A stretch of DNA of 64,000 nt from Vicugna vicugna. Taxonomy: Eukaryota. The translations under genes were made by a program, and so were the position numbers. Below, in pieces: positions 46,547 to 58,379 of this stretch (positions are counted from its first letter, which is position 1; each line of letters opens with the position of its first letter). The notes below the pieces were generated by a model. It was not told the DNA's origin and made no database searches. It saw only the letters and a program-made list of their open reading frames with translations. The stretch is from the NCBI GenBank assembly GCA_013265495.1, contig MU058337.1, positions 312,001 through 376,000 of the forward strand. Reading direction: 5' to 3'.

Positions 46547-49282
46547 ATGGCTGCCTCCCAAACTTCACAAACTGTTGCCTCTCACGTTCCTTTTGCAGAT
46601 TTATGTTCAACTTTAGAACGAATACAGAAAAGTAAAGGACGGGCAGAAAAAATCAGACACTTCAAAGAATTTTTAGATTCTTGGAGAAAATTTCACGATG
46701 CCCTTCATAAGAACCAGAAAGATGTCACAGACTCGTTTTATCCAGCCATGAGACTTATCCTTCCTCAGCTGGAAAGAGAGAGAATGGCCTATGGAATCAA
46801 AGAGACTATGCTTGCTAAGCTTTACATTGAACTGCTTAACCTACCCAGAGAAGGAAAGGACGCCCTTAAGCTCCTGAATTACAGGACGCCTACTGGAGCT
46901 CGTGCAGACGCCGGAGACTTCGCGATGATTGCGTACTTTGTGTTGAAGCCCAGATGTTTGCAGAAAGGCAGTTTAACCGTCCAGCAAGTAAATGACATTT
47001 TAGACTCCATTGCCAGCAATAATTCTGCCAAAAGGAAGGACCTGGTAAAGAAGAGTGTTCTTCAGCTTATAACTCAGAGTTCAGCACTTGAACAGAAGTG
47101 GCTGATACGGATGATTGTAAAGGACCTCAAGCTTGGTTTTAGTCAGAAGACTATATTTTCTATTTTTCATAATGATGCGGAAGAGTTGCACAGTGTCACC
47201 ACAGATTTGGAGAAAGTCTGTAGGCAGCTGCATGACCCTTTGGTCGGACTCAGTGACATTTCTATCACTTTATTCTCAGCCTTTAAACCAATGCTGGCTG
47301 CCATAGCGGATATTGAGCGAATCGAGAAGGACATGAAACACCAGAGTTTCTACATTGAAACCAAGCTAGACGGCGAGCGCATGCAGATGCACAAAGACGG
47401 AGATGTGTACCAGTACTTCTCACGAAACGGGTACAACTATGAGGACCAGTTTGGTGCTTCCCCACAGGAAGGCTCTCTGACGCCGTTCATTCACAGTACT
47501 TTCAAGCCAGACGTGCAGAACTGTATCCTGGACGGTGAGATGATGGCCTACAACCCTCATACACAAACATTTATGCAGAAGGGGAATAAATTTGATATTA
47601 AACGAATGGTTGAAGATTCTGATCTGCAAACTTGTTACTGTGTTTTTGATGTGTTGATGGTTAATAATAAAAAGCTAGGACATGAGACCCTGAGAAACAG
47701 GCATGAAATTCTGAATAGTGTTTTCACACCAATCCCAGGTAGAATAGAAATAGTGCAGAAGACACAAGCCCAGACTAAGAAAGAAGTAGTTGACGCTTTG
47801 AATGAAGCAATAGATAAAAGAGAAGAGGGAATCATGGTAAAGCATCCTCTTTCTATTTACAAGCCAGACAAACGAGGTGAAGGATGGTTAAAAATTAAAC
47901 CAGAGTATGTTGACGAATTAATGGACAAACTGGACATCTTGATTGTCGGGGGCTATTGGGGTAAAGGTTCACGGGGTGGAATGATGTCTCATTTTTTGTG
48001 TGCTGTGGCAGAGAAGCCCACTTCTGGGGAAAAACCATCAGTGTTTCATACTCTCTGTCGTGTTGGCTCAGGTTACACCATGAAAGAGCTGTATGACCTG
48101 GGTTTGAAATTGGCCAAACACTGGATGCCTTTTCACAAGAAGGCTCCACCCAGCAACATTTTATGTGGAACAGAGAAGCCAGAGGTGTACATTGAACCTT
48201 GCCACTCGGTCATTGTTCAGGTTAAGGCCGCAGAGATTGTCCCCAGTGACATGTATAAAACTGGCTGCACGTTGCGTTTTCCACGAATTGAAAAGATAAG
48301 AGAAGACAAAGAGTGGCATGAGTGCACAACCCTGGATGAGCTGGAGCAACTTCGGGGGCAAGCATCTGGAAAGCTCGCGTCTAAACACCTTCACATAGGT
48401 GGTGATGACGAACCACAAGAGAAAAAGCGCAAAGCTGCCCCCAAGGTTAAGAAAGTCATTGGAATTATCGAGCACCTAAAAGCACCTAACCTCTCTAACA
48501 TAAGTAAAGTTTCTAATATATTTGAAGATGTGGAGTTTTGTGTTATGAGTGGAACAGACGGCCACCCAAAGCCTGATCTGGAGAACAGAATTGCAGAATT
48601 TGGTGGTTACATAGTACAGAATCCAGGCCCAGACACATACTGCGTGATCGCAGGGGCTCAGAACATTAGAGTGAAAAACATAATTTCTTCAAATAAGCAT
48701 GATGTCGTCAAGCCTGAGTGGCTTTTAGAGTGTTTCCAGACCAAACGCTGTGTGCCCTGGCAGCCTCGCGTCATGATTCACATGTGCCCATCAACAAGAG
48801 AGCATTTTGCCCGTGAGTATGACTGCTATGGTGATAGTTATTTTGTTGACACAGATTTGAACCAGCTGAAGGAAGTGTTCTCAGGAATGAAAGATCCTGG
48901 GGGACAGACTCCTGGAGAGACGGCCGCTGTGATCGCCGACTTGGAACACCGCTATTCCTGGGACAGCTCTCATCTCAGTATGTTTCGAAGCCACACTGTT
49001 TATTTGGACTTGTACACTGTTATTAATGACTTAAGTACCAAAATCGAGGGAACAAGATTAGCAATAACAGCCTTGGAGCTTCGATTTCACGGAGCAAAAG
49101 TGGTTTCTTGTTTAGCCGAGGGCGTATCACACGTAATCGTTGGGGAAGATCGTAGTCGTGTTGTAGATTTTAAAGCTTTTCGAAGAGCTCTTAAGAGAAA
49201 GTTTAAAATCCTACAAGAATGTTGGGTAACTGAATCAATAGACAAGTGTGAATTACAGGAGGAAGATCAGTATTTGGTTTAA
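46547..49282 (+). CDS. LIG4: DNA ligase 4 (911 aa, NHEJ ligase), whole CDS in one exon
   Basis: Starts [19 protein letters not shown]. Motif I ETKLDGER has the adenylated K273 codon at 47363-47365 and R278 at 47378. EGIMVK and WLKIKPEY motifs, an OB fold (LRFPR), a basic NLS ([12 protein letters not shown]) and tandem BRCT domains around the XRCC4-binding linker (YDCYGDSYF) are all present. Confidence 0.99.
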   Translation: MAASQTSQTVASHVPFADLCSTLERIQKSKGRAEKIRHFKEFLDSWRKFHDALHKNQKDVTDSFYPAMRLILPQLERERMAYGIKETMLAKLYIELLNLPREGKDALKLLNYRTPTGARADAGDFAMIAYFVLKPRCLQKGSLTVQQVNDILDSIASNNSAKRKDLVKKSVLQLITQSSALEQKWLIRMIVKDLKLGFSQKTIFSIFHNDAEELHSVTTDLEKVCRQLHDPLVGLSDISITLFSAFKPMLAAIADIERIEKDMKHQSFYIETKLDGERMQMHKDGDVYQYFSRNGYNYEDQFGASPQEGSLTPFIHSTFKPDVQNCILDGEMMAYNPHTQTFMQKGNKFDIKRMVEDSDLQTCYCVFDVLMVNNKKLGHETLRNRHEILNSVFTPIPGRIEIVQKTQAQTKKEVVDALNEAIDKREEGIMVKHPLSIYKPDKRGEGWLKIKPEYVDELMDKLDILIVGGYWGKGSRGGMMSHFLCAVAEKPTSGEKPSVFHTLCRVGSGYTMKELYDLGLKLAKHWMPFHKKAPPSNILCGTEKPEVYIEPCHSVIVQVKAAEIVPSDMYKTGCTLRFPRIEKIREDKEWHECTTLDELEQLRGQASGKLASKHLHIGGDDEPQEKKRKAAPKVKKVIGIIEHLKAPNLSNISKVSNIFEDVEFCVMSGTDGHPKPDLENRIAEFGGYIVQNPGPDTYCVIAGAQNIRVKNIISSNKHDVVKPEWLLECFQTKRCVPWQPRVMIHMCPSTREHFAREYDCYGDSYFVDTDLNQLKEVFSGMKDPGGQTPGETAAVIADLEHRYSWDSSHLSMFRSHTVYLDLYTVINDLSTKIEGTRLAITALELRFHGAKVVSCLAEGVSHVIVGEDRSRVVDFKAFRRALKRKFKILQECWVTESIDKCELQEEDQYLV

Positions 49283-50389
49283 AGCTAGCTTTCCTAGTGA
49301 GGAAAGCTGCCTGTCTGGCCGGCTTGTTACAACAGGCTGGAATGATAAAATATTAAATCGCATTTTATTTTTAATCTCTTAAAATCTGTGCTGAAACAGT
49401 ATTATTAACTATAGAAACACAATCACTTTAACTTCTGATATAGGAAAGACACTGAATGGCCTAAAGTCAGAAAGAAAAAAAATTTTTTTAACAGTATAGT
49501 ATTTGATGATTTTTATCACCAAGATGAAATAAACAGTTTAAAATTATAATCTCCCTACAGAAACCTAGAATTTTGACTCAGATATTAATAAAATACATTT
49601 AGAAGCTTTTAAAGTCATTAAAAGCATTGACCTAACCAGGATTTTTCTGAAAGTCAAAAATTTTAATAATAGTTCCTATCTAATAAAAGCATTGCAAGGA
49701 AAAAATCGGAATTGTTACAGTTGGGCTTGTAAAAATCTATTTTTTTAAATTGAAGGCTAAAATTCCTCTTTGATACGTGAGATGTAAACTTTTTTAAAGT
49801 TAAGTTCAAGCTCATGAATAAATACCTTATTAATGCTGCTGTTAGGTAAATCACGGGAAGTTGAATAAGATTTAATGGTTTAAAAACTTAACATTACATC
49901 AGTTTGCTTTTTAAAATCTCTTGCAGTTTTAAAAGTACTTAGCCCATGTTTATTTTCTAAAACAGAGCGGCTTTAAAGAAAACGTTTTATGTTAATTTGT
50001 ACCTCGTTATAAATAGCATTCACAAAGAGTGGTTTTCCTAGGTATCAAACAGGTGTCGGAGTGGCCTGTGTGTTGTAGTTTTCTGTACAGAGAAGTAATA
50101 GCTTTGACTTTTTACAGTGACTTTTATTTATCCTTGGGTTATTTAAAGTGTGGATAGTATGTGTGTACATGTATATATTATGCCTAGATTTACATACCAA
50201 ACATATAAATACCAAAATATAACAGATTTTGGAATATAGCCTATACATTTTGAAAAATATGTTTTCATGACACCAATGAAATACTTGGAATTTGGTACCT
50301 GAGAAATAATGTGTAGATTATTTGTAGGTAATTAGAAATTTTATCCAAACAGTGGAACAAATGTATGTTTTGTTATATTTCTTAATTTA

Positions 50390-50415
50390 AATAAAATATT
50401 TAATGTACTATTAAA
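50390..50415 (+). terminator. Probable LIG4 polyadenylation signal
   Basis: AATAAA at 50390-50395 and ATTAAA at 50410-50415, about 1.1 kb after the stop. Upstream TGTA and downstream T-rich sequence are present. Confidence 0.65.
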
Positions 50416-50949
50416 ACAATTTCTTGTACTTATTTTAAAACAATTTAGAATACTTCAGCCAGATAGACTATGGTATCACTGTAATTTTTAACTGATTCAA
50501 GTCAGTTCCTATTTAAGGTCCTTTGTATTTCATATTACTAAATGAGCTTTATTAAAAAATTTTAACTTGTATATTTTTATATAATGTCTATTGAGAAAAA
50601 TGACAAAATGTAAGTATGTGTAGTATAGGGAAAAGAAACATAATTTTACCACCAAAGATAATAACATTTACTATTCTAGGTTATTGATGGTAAGGAAAGT
50701 AGAAAATATGTATTTGTAGTGTAACAAGTAAGTATAAAATAAACTTCCGTCAGGAAGAGAGAATCGTCTTCTGAAGAGGTGTGCTTGGAACACTGAAGGA
50801 GGAGGGGACACCCGCCTGGGAGGCCGGGTTAACCCCGGAAACCTGGTGGTTCCAGAGTGTCATGTCGCGGGGGTTGCCTTCAAAGGAACAGGTAATTCCT
50901 TTGATACTTGAAACACTTCGGGACATAGAAAAAACATGACGTCTTCCCA

Positions 50950-51600
50950 AATAACTTTTTAGTGTTTCAAACCCTTGACATTGACACCTAACAAAAATAG
51001 CACGGATTTTAGAGAAACCAAAACGTTCATACATTATTCGTGGGAGTATAAAACAGTAGCACTTTGAAAAGCTGGTAGTTTTTACATTAAATTATATACC
51101 TAGTCTGTGACTAGGCAAATTCACTTCTATATATCTACACAAGGGAAAGGAAATGCTGTATTTACCAAGTGACTTCTACAGAAACGTTCAAAACTACTTA
51201 TAATAGCCAAACTGGAAACAATAGGAGAATGAATAAATAAATGACGGTGTATTTACGGAGTGGGACTTCGCAGCAACAGCAGCAAAGCGGCTGCCGCTGC
51301 ACACCATCACACGTCTGCGTCCGCACTGGTGAGGGACGAAACCGGATGCCAGGCAGTGCGTGTCACACGGCCCAATTTACGTGAGCTTCGGGAACCCCCA
51401 GAACGACCGTGGCGACAAATCAGAACAGCTTTGCCTCTGGGGAGGGAGGCCGACTGGAAAGGAGCAAAGGGAGCTTTCTGGAGTGATAGAGATACGTATT
51501 TTGGTTGGGGTGTGCTTACACCAATATACATCTCAAAGCTCGAACTTACCACTTGCATATTTTACTCTGTAAATTGTATTTAGATAAAATTATTTAACAT
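50950..51600 (+). mobile_element. Old L1M (ME/MC-like) 3' region
   Basis: GTATAAAACAGTAGCACTTTGAAAA...TAATAGCCAAACTGGAAACAA...TGCATATTTTACTCTGTAAATTGTATTTAGATAAA. Confidence 0.65.
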
Positions 51601-54374
51601 TAAAAGCAACTGGTGACTACATAGTTACATACAGACAAAAGTGTTCAATAACATTTTTGAAAAGTAAATATTGCAAGAAGAGCAATAAAATATTTCTAAG
51701 TAATGGCCAATTCCCATGAATATGAGGATGATCTAATATTAAATATAGTAGGCCATTTAACTATTAACAGATTAAAAGCAACAATTAAAAATTAGTACAT
51801 GCAATTCAACAGCATTCTTCCTTCCGGAAATAAAAATAAGCAAAATAGAACTAAAATGTGATGAGGCTTCCAAAAAGTCGGTGGCTTTTGAAATTTAATG
51901 GTGGCAGTGGGAGAACAGATTTTGAATCTACAAATTTGCACATAGAAACCAGAAAGAACGAGATCGTAGCGAAACACCGAGGGTGACATTCACAACAGGA
52001 CCAAGTAATGAGGTGACCCTGAGAATCCGAACACACAAGAGGTGAGGGAAACAGGAGAGTTCAAGACTTGCAGTATTTGTGTGAAGAAGGCAGAGGGACT
52101 GCGTAGGTCCTGAAGGTCCCGAGGACACCAGGAACTACATAAATAGTCAGCAGGTCTTTACTGGACAGCACCGAAGTTCAGACAGAAAACCCACTGAAAC
52201 TGGGAAGGGTTTCATGCAGCACAAGAGCAGGTGAGGAAGAGACCCCACCCGAACCTGGAGGCACAATCCAGATAATTCTCAAAACTGAGCCACCAGCAGC
52301 CCTTCCAGGACTGGGAATGGGATTTAAAAATGGGCAAAATAGGGACAATAGAGACAAAGGAAATCAAAGGTCCAGATAAAGGTGGGGAGTGAAAGGAAGC
52401 CAGCGTTTTCGGAGAGCAAGCCACCAGCGCGAAGTTCGGCTAGTGAGAGTTCTGTGACGTTAGAAAAGTGACCCTCAAGTTAATCTCCTCTAAAAATGGG
52501 CCACCACTAAGTACTGAGACAATGTACAAAGCATCACATCGTGATCAAAAGCCAAACACGACACTGCCCTGGCACAGGGTTATTGCTCAAACAAGAGCAG
52601 GTGTTGTGTTATGTCAGAGTTAGAGTATTTCCTGCTATGCGATGAGACCAATAAACGAACTGAAACTCATGCGTTCTCAAGAACATCAGTAGTTGAAATT
52701 TCATTACTCGGTTTTGATTAACGCTTGTAAAGCCGTCAATGCTCCAGGTCGTCTTAATGAAGAGCAGCACCGCTTCTGAGATGTCTCCACTTGCTGATGG
52801 AGGAATCGCAGCTCTCGCTAAGTTGAAGGTACACCCTTGCAAGAAATCGAAGTGAAGTGAATTCAGCGAATAATTCAAGCCTTCAAATTATTACAAAATG
52901 TGCATCATAACACTTAAAGGCAAAAATACCATTCAGCACTATGCATTCTCTAGCTTTTATGTTTATATAATTTGAGTAAGGTACCTCCTCTTCCTTGATT
53001 CTAATAATGGTTTTTACAATGATTGGGGCAAGAGTTTTAGGGTGAGGGGCGCAGTGGTTTCAGTCCCACAAGAAAAGTAAGAGTAATTATGATAATTTCC
53101 CCCTCTCTCCTTCTGTAGATGACTTCCCGTCACCCGGAAATGTGGCACCGCCGACCCGCTGGGGAGGCGCTGAGAGGCGGCAGGGGACCCGCAGGGTCGG
53201 CCTCAGGCAGGGAGCGTCTTCCCGCCCGACCGCGTGGGGGCCTCCGGCCTTTACAAACATGTTTCCTCCTGAAGCCAGTGATTGCTTTAATGTCTTTGGC
53301 TGTTTGTATGAACTGATAAATAAGATAATGTTCCCTTGAAAATGGAGTCATTTAAAAGCCTCTGGGTAAAAATTCAGCAATTTTAAGCTGAACGCCCCCC
53401 TGCGGATGTGGAGATGAGGACCGTTATTCGGTCTCCGATTGTTTTTATTGTTAGTAGCATAGAACTTCATTTTCCCCATAATGCATCTTCAGTGAAAGGA
53501 GGAAAAATAAGGTACATTGGGTAAAATAAAACAAGTAATATGAGCGTACAAGTAATAATATTATAAATGCCTATAAGGTAATTGTCACCAGATTAATAAA
53601 CTGTATTCATCTGATAAACTTCCTGTGTGTCATACCGAGTTTTTTCTAGCAGTTCCAAAACAGAGTTGAACAGAAGAGAAGCTATAGCGACAATCATATC
53701 CAGCTTGCCTTTTATTTATTGGCAGTAGTGCACTATTCATAACCCCAGCATTTTTATTTGTAGAATAGTGCTTGCAAATAAGAACTCCAAACATTCTCTC
53801 TAGCCTCTTAGAGAAAAAAATACCCAAACAAACAAAAAACCCACAACAATTAAAAAAAAGTAATCCACTTGATTTTTTGAAGTACAATTTATAAAAACTA
53901 AAAATCAGGAAATGAAAGTAATTTTTATTTATTCTCGATGCTGAAACAGTTCATTTTAGCATATTTTAATATATGATAGATTTCCAAATGTGATAAAGTA
54001 TGCTATTTTTAAATTTCTGCCAAGTACTCTCATAATTCATTTAAAGAAAACTAAAATGAATTTACTTAATAAAAAAACAAAAATTGGACTTAAATATTAT
54101 GAGTCTTGCTCTAGTCACCACTGCCCTGTAGCAAGTCAACCTAGACCTGAGCGGCGCAGTGCGGTACAGGGGTTCAGACCCAACACGACACACGTGGCTT
54201 GTCTTGGTTGCACGTGTCTGGAGACTGAGCTGGAAGAGTCTTTCTCTCTCCCTTTCTTGGCCTTAAAGAAGTTAAGTGGCCGTAGATCCCCCAGCCTCAA
54301 AAAACTGCACGCTGGCAACAGCCCCGGGAGTGGGGAAGCGACGGTTCCTGAGTGTCTTCTTCACATGAAAAACT

Positions 54375-55805
54375 AGCAATAGAAAACGAATACATACTTT
54401 TGGTTCTGCAGCGGGTTCTGCTCAACAATTACCTAACAAGTGGCCTTGGAAACGGGTACTGGGGGAAGTCTGGACGACATCTGAGGAGCACAATACAGAA
54501 CTCACAAGCAGACTGGCGGTAGGAATCTGGATTGCAGGGACACTGCCTGCCAACCAGGGCTCAGAGGCGGTGAGGAACAAGCACTGGAACCGGGAGGGAG
54601 GGGGATCGCTGTCCTGCAGTGGCAGAAGCTCTGCGAAGTTGCCTCCTGGAATCATGTAAACAGAGCGTGTAGGTGGTGACCTTGGAGATCGAGCTAAGGA
54701 GGTTTACGCGCAGTGCTGATGATGCCACTTGGCTTCTCGCTGCTTATAGGAAAATGCAAAAGGATTCAAACAAAAATCTGCATTTTTGTTGGTTTTTTGT
54801 GGAGGATAAGAGGTTCACAGTAGCTTTAATATAACTGGTAATTTCCCTCAGAACCAGACAAAAATCTGTTTCTACCTGATAAGCAGAAAGAAACAATTTG
54901 ATGATTTTTTGAAAAAAAAATGTTCAGCCTCTCCAGATCGCAAAGCTGCTGAAATTAAGAGATTGCTTCAGACGTGTCTTATACAGTAAAAGCTGAAGGT
55001 GTGATTGTGCAAAGTTTGCTCTAGCCTCACAAATACCTTAAGATCCGATATGCAACTTCACAAAGGGTTGTTTCCAGGCATCCTCTCAGATCCTCTCAAA
55101 CTGTATCTAGGACTTGTAGCAAGGTTCAGTATGTTATTTGTCTCTGAGCATCTCAGCAGGAGGTCAAAGTGAAGGTCCCAACTTGCACAGATCTGTCAAG
55201 TGAGTTCTGCCTAAAGGAGTGAACCCCACTGAAACTCTCAGGAGACCCACAAGATTCTTGAGAAAATTATTTCAGCAGAAACACTGCCAGCTTAGCCTGA
55301 AAGGAACAGAGAGTTTAAAATGAAAAGAGACGGAGGGAAAACGTCAAAGTTCTGCTGGCAGGAAGCAGCCTCAGAAGCCTGCACAGCTGCAAACATATGC
55401 CTTCTCTCCTGAAAATAAAAGATGACTCAGAGGGCAGAGCCAAGAGTCCAGAGAGCCACAGAGAATTATTCCAAGCTTTGAAAGCGAATCCAGGAACTCC
55501 CAACATCCACTTGGCTGGATTTCAGACCTGCTATGGGCAGAGACTCCTTTCTCCCCTGCATTTCCCCTCCCTTCTGAAGGGGAGTGTCTACAGCTATTAC
55601 CTTAGGCCTCACCATCACGTGTTGGGTGTACTGCGTGCAGATAACTTGCGCCTTCTGTTTTGCAGGTCCATGGATGGAGAGCTGGGCGTAACAGCTCTTA
55701 ACCAGGAACCTCATCTGCACCTGAACCTGATGTGACAACGAGTTTTGTATTTTGCTGATATTATAATGGGGTGAGACTCTTGCGAACCTAAGGAGGGGGC
55801 AAGAT
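54375..55805 (+). mobile_element. MaLR internal sequence (MLT1-int) with only the tip of the 5' LTR
   Basis: LTR end TAGCAATAGAAAACGAATACA followed by TTTTGGT. MaLR-int signatures GTGGCCTTGGAAACGGGT and GGCTTCTCGCTGCTTATAGGAAAATG, and 3' ATAATGGGGTGAGACT. Confidence 0.7.
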
Positions 55806-55855
55806 AGACAGCATTCCATAATTACAGTGCCCTTAGTTGCAGACTTGCCCCAGCC

Positions 55856-55948
55856 TCTCTCTCCTCCCTTCTCCTCTCCTCCTCCCTTCTTATTCTCCTC
55901 CTCCCTTCTTCCTCTCCTTTTCTCTCCCCCTCTTTCTCTCTCCTTTCT
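55856..55948. repeat. CT-rich low-complexity polypyrimidine tract
   Basis: About 90 bp almost entirely C/T. Confidence 0.9.
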
Positions 55949-56849
55949 GACTTGCATAGACATGAGCTGTGATGGACCCTATAGCAGCAAGAAACTGAAT
56001 GCTGCCGGGGGCGGGGCGGGGGGGGAGCAGACACTTCCTCAATGAGTCTCCAGTTGAAAACTCAGCAGTTGATAATGAATACACATCTCATCATGCTCTC
56101 CTCTCTCTGAAACGCTTCAATGATTAAATGATAACGTGTGTCAAAGTGCTCACCAGCGTTTAGTGCATCCAAGGCGCTAAAGAAATACTTCCTTTTTCTC
56201 CTTCATTTGCTCTATAATAGAAAAAAATCCAAATGGATTGGACTACATTTGGTACCTGACCTCAAACCAATCTTTCAGTCTTATCTCTCTGCTTAGCCCA
56301 TTCCAGCCAAGCTGGCTTACTACACTTCAGCCTTTCAACTTCCGTGCCTAGCCGGCTGGTTCTATTTGAAATGCCTCTGTGAGCCTCTACTATGACAGTC
56401 CTCGAATTTCAAATCCTATTCATCTTTCAAGCCACAGCTCATATGCCACTGCTACCATATGCTCTATCCTAGTGCCCTAGTCATGACAAACCTCTTTCTC
56501 CCCACCACCCAGAAATTCAGAATTTTCGGTGTTCCTTATGATTTCCTGCCTCATCATCTGTTTGTCTGATGTTATCTTTTGGGTCAGCTCTTTGAGGATA
56601 TGAATCGTGTGTTGTGGGTCTTTCGTGTGTCGGTGTGTCTTGGGTTTACCGAGTGCCTCGCAGTTTGTTTGGAGTACGTCCACCCAGTGTTGCCGCGCCG
56701 ATTTTCTTTAGACTTTCTGCTTCCGTTCTCCGTGATATCACTGCTGTTTTTTAGAGAATTTATTCTGACACACATGAAAATAACAGCGTCCACTGCTGAA
56801 AAAACTTCTTGCTGGAAAAATCATACCTACAGACAGAACTCAGCTGTTG

Positions 56850-57060
56850 ACAGCATGGAGCCTGGAATCAAAGTGCCTGAGTTTGAACCCAGACTTCTCT
56901 ATTTGGGCAAATTATGCAGCCTTTCTGGGCCCCAGTTTCCTCTTGCATAAAACAGAGTAACCATGGTACCTGGTTTATCCAGTTGTGAGGACTAAGTGTG
57001 TGTGTGTGTTCCTGACGTATTAGAACCGTGTTTAGAACACTCCATCTTACCGTTACTTTT
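56850..57060 (+). mobile_element. MIR SINE with a short (TG)n
   Basis: TGGAATCAAAGTGCCTGAGTTTGAACCCAG...TGGGCAAATTA...CCCCAGTTTCCTC...GTTGTGAGGACTAA. Confidence 0.7.
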
Positions 57061-57206
57061 GTGTGTAGTGTAGAAGGAAAAATAACAGGTGCAGAGGCCC
57101 CGTGATACACAGCGGTAACAGAATGCGAAGGGCAGGGCAGCCCTGCATCTGTAGGGAAAACCTGGCAATGGGCGTTCCCCATTATTTTTCGCCCTTTCTC
57201 CTACAA

Positions 57207-57409
57207 GGCGGCTCACAGCTAGGGATGGATTTGCCCTTCGGGGGTCTGGCAACATCTGTAGACTTTCTGACTGTCAGGACGTGGGTGGTGTGACTGGCAT
57301 CCTGTGGGCAAAGGCCAAGGATGCAGTTAAATACCCGACAGGGGACAGAAAAGCCCCCGCATAATTACCCAGACCACAATGTCGATAAAGCTGAGATTGA
57401 GAAAACCTG
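57207..57409 (+). mobile_element. MER20-like hAT MITE
   Basis: CTGGCAACATCTGTAGAC...CTGGCATCCTGTGGGCAAAGGCCAAGGATGC...GATTGAGAAAACCTG. 8-bp TSD TCCTACAA (57199-57206) / TCCTAGAA (57410-57417), 7 of 8 identical. Confidence 0.78.
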
Positions 57410-58379
57410 TCCTAGAATCATCTAAAATGTAATGAAAGAAGACATTATACTACTTGTGAGAAACTCCAAAAGACCATGCACAACCACAGCTTTATTGCAA
57501 GCCAGGTTTTCATTCATAAAACAAACGCTAATTCCTGCTTACTTCCTTTACGAGGGTGAGTCTGTGGGTTAATTAGTGTTTGCAAAGTCCTTTGATGATG
57601 TCAAGTCCTGCGTAAATGCTATTTATTATTAATTAGCGCCCTGGAAGACCACACTGTGACACTCCTGGCTCGCTACCACAGCCCAGCCTCACAGACCCCA
57701 GTGACACTGAATGATTTTTGATAAGTTGGAACGTTTATAATGAGAAAGACAGGCGTCAGGGGCGTAAGCTGGTTTCAGGTAGCTGGGATACGGCGCTGTA
57801 TAAACTGGCTCATTAAGATCAAGAAAACTGTGGGTTTTACTTTGGGATAAGTTTGCTAGATTGGAACAATTTCTTCCAATTTTACAACACTGTATGGAGG
57901 GGGGAGGGGGGAGGGAGCAAGAATCCACAATACATTTTTACTGAATATGAAGAAGTAAAATTAATTTATAGAAAAATTCTACTATTTATATTTATAAGTT
58001 GATTTTCTCTGGCCCATGAGTCACTGTGTAATTTGGACTGGGTCTAATAAAATGAAGACAATAAAGTGATTTGCAAAAAGCTAAAGAAACCAAGAAACTG
58101 GGTATAAGACATTCTCTAGGAATGAAGTGTAAATCATGTCCCATAAATATAATTTTATCCTTTGACAGCACAAATGTCTTTAAATGTCAATATAGCTCTT
58201 GATTTTACCTAACATGACATTTTCCTATTAGGGACTGGAGTCTAATCTCTAGATTTAAATAACAATGTTATCTTTAACTCAGCATCATTCTGGATAAATT
58301 ATTTGTTGGTGACATACTGGGGTAAGTACTTCTGAGCTATGGGACTTGGCTTTGTCAAATTCTGATGGACACACATGTG

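Noticed and set aside
47283..48475. Antisense ORFs within the LIG4 CDS
   Set aside because: Short shadow ORFs opposite a real coding sequence, with no independent support.
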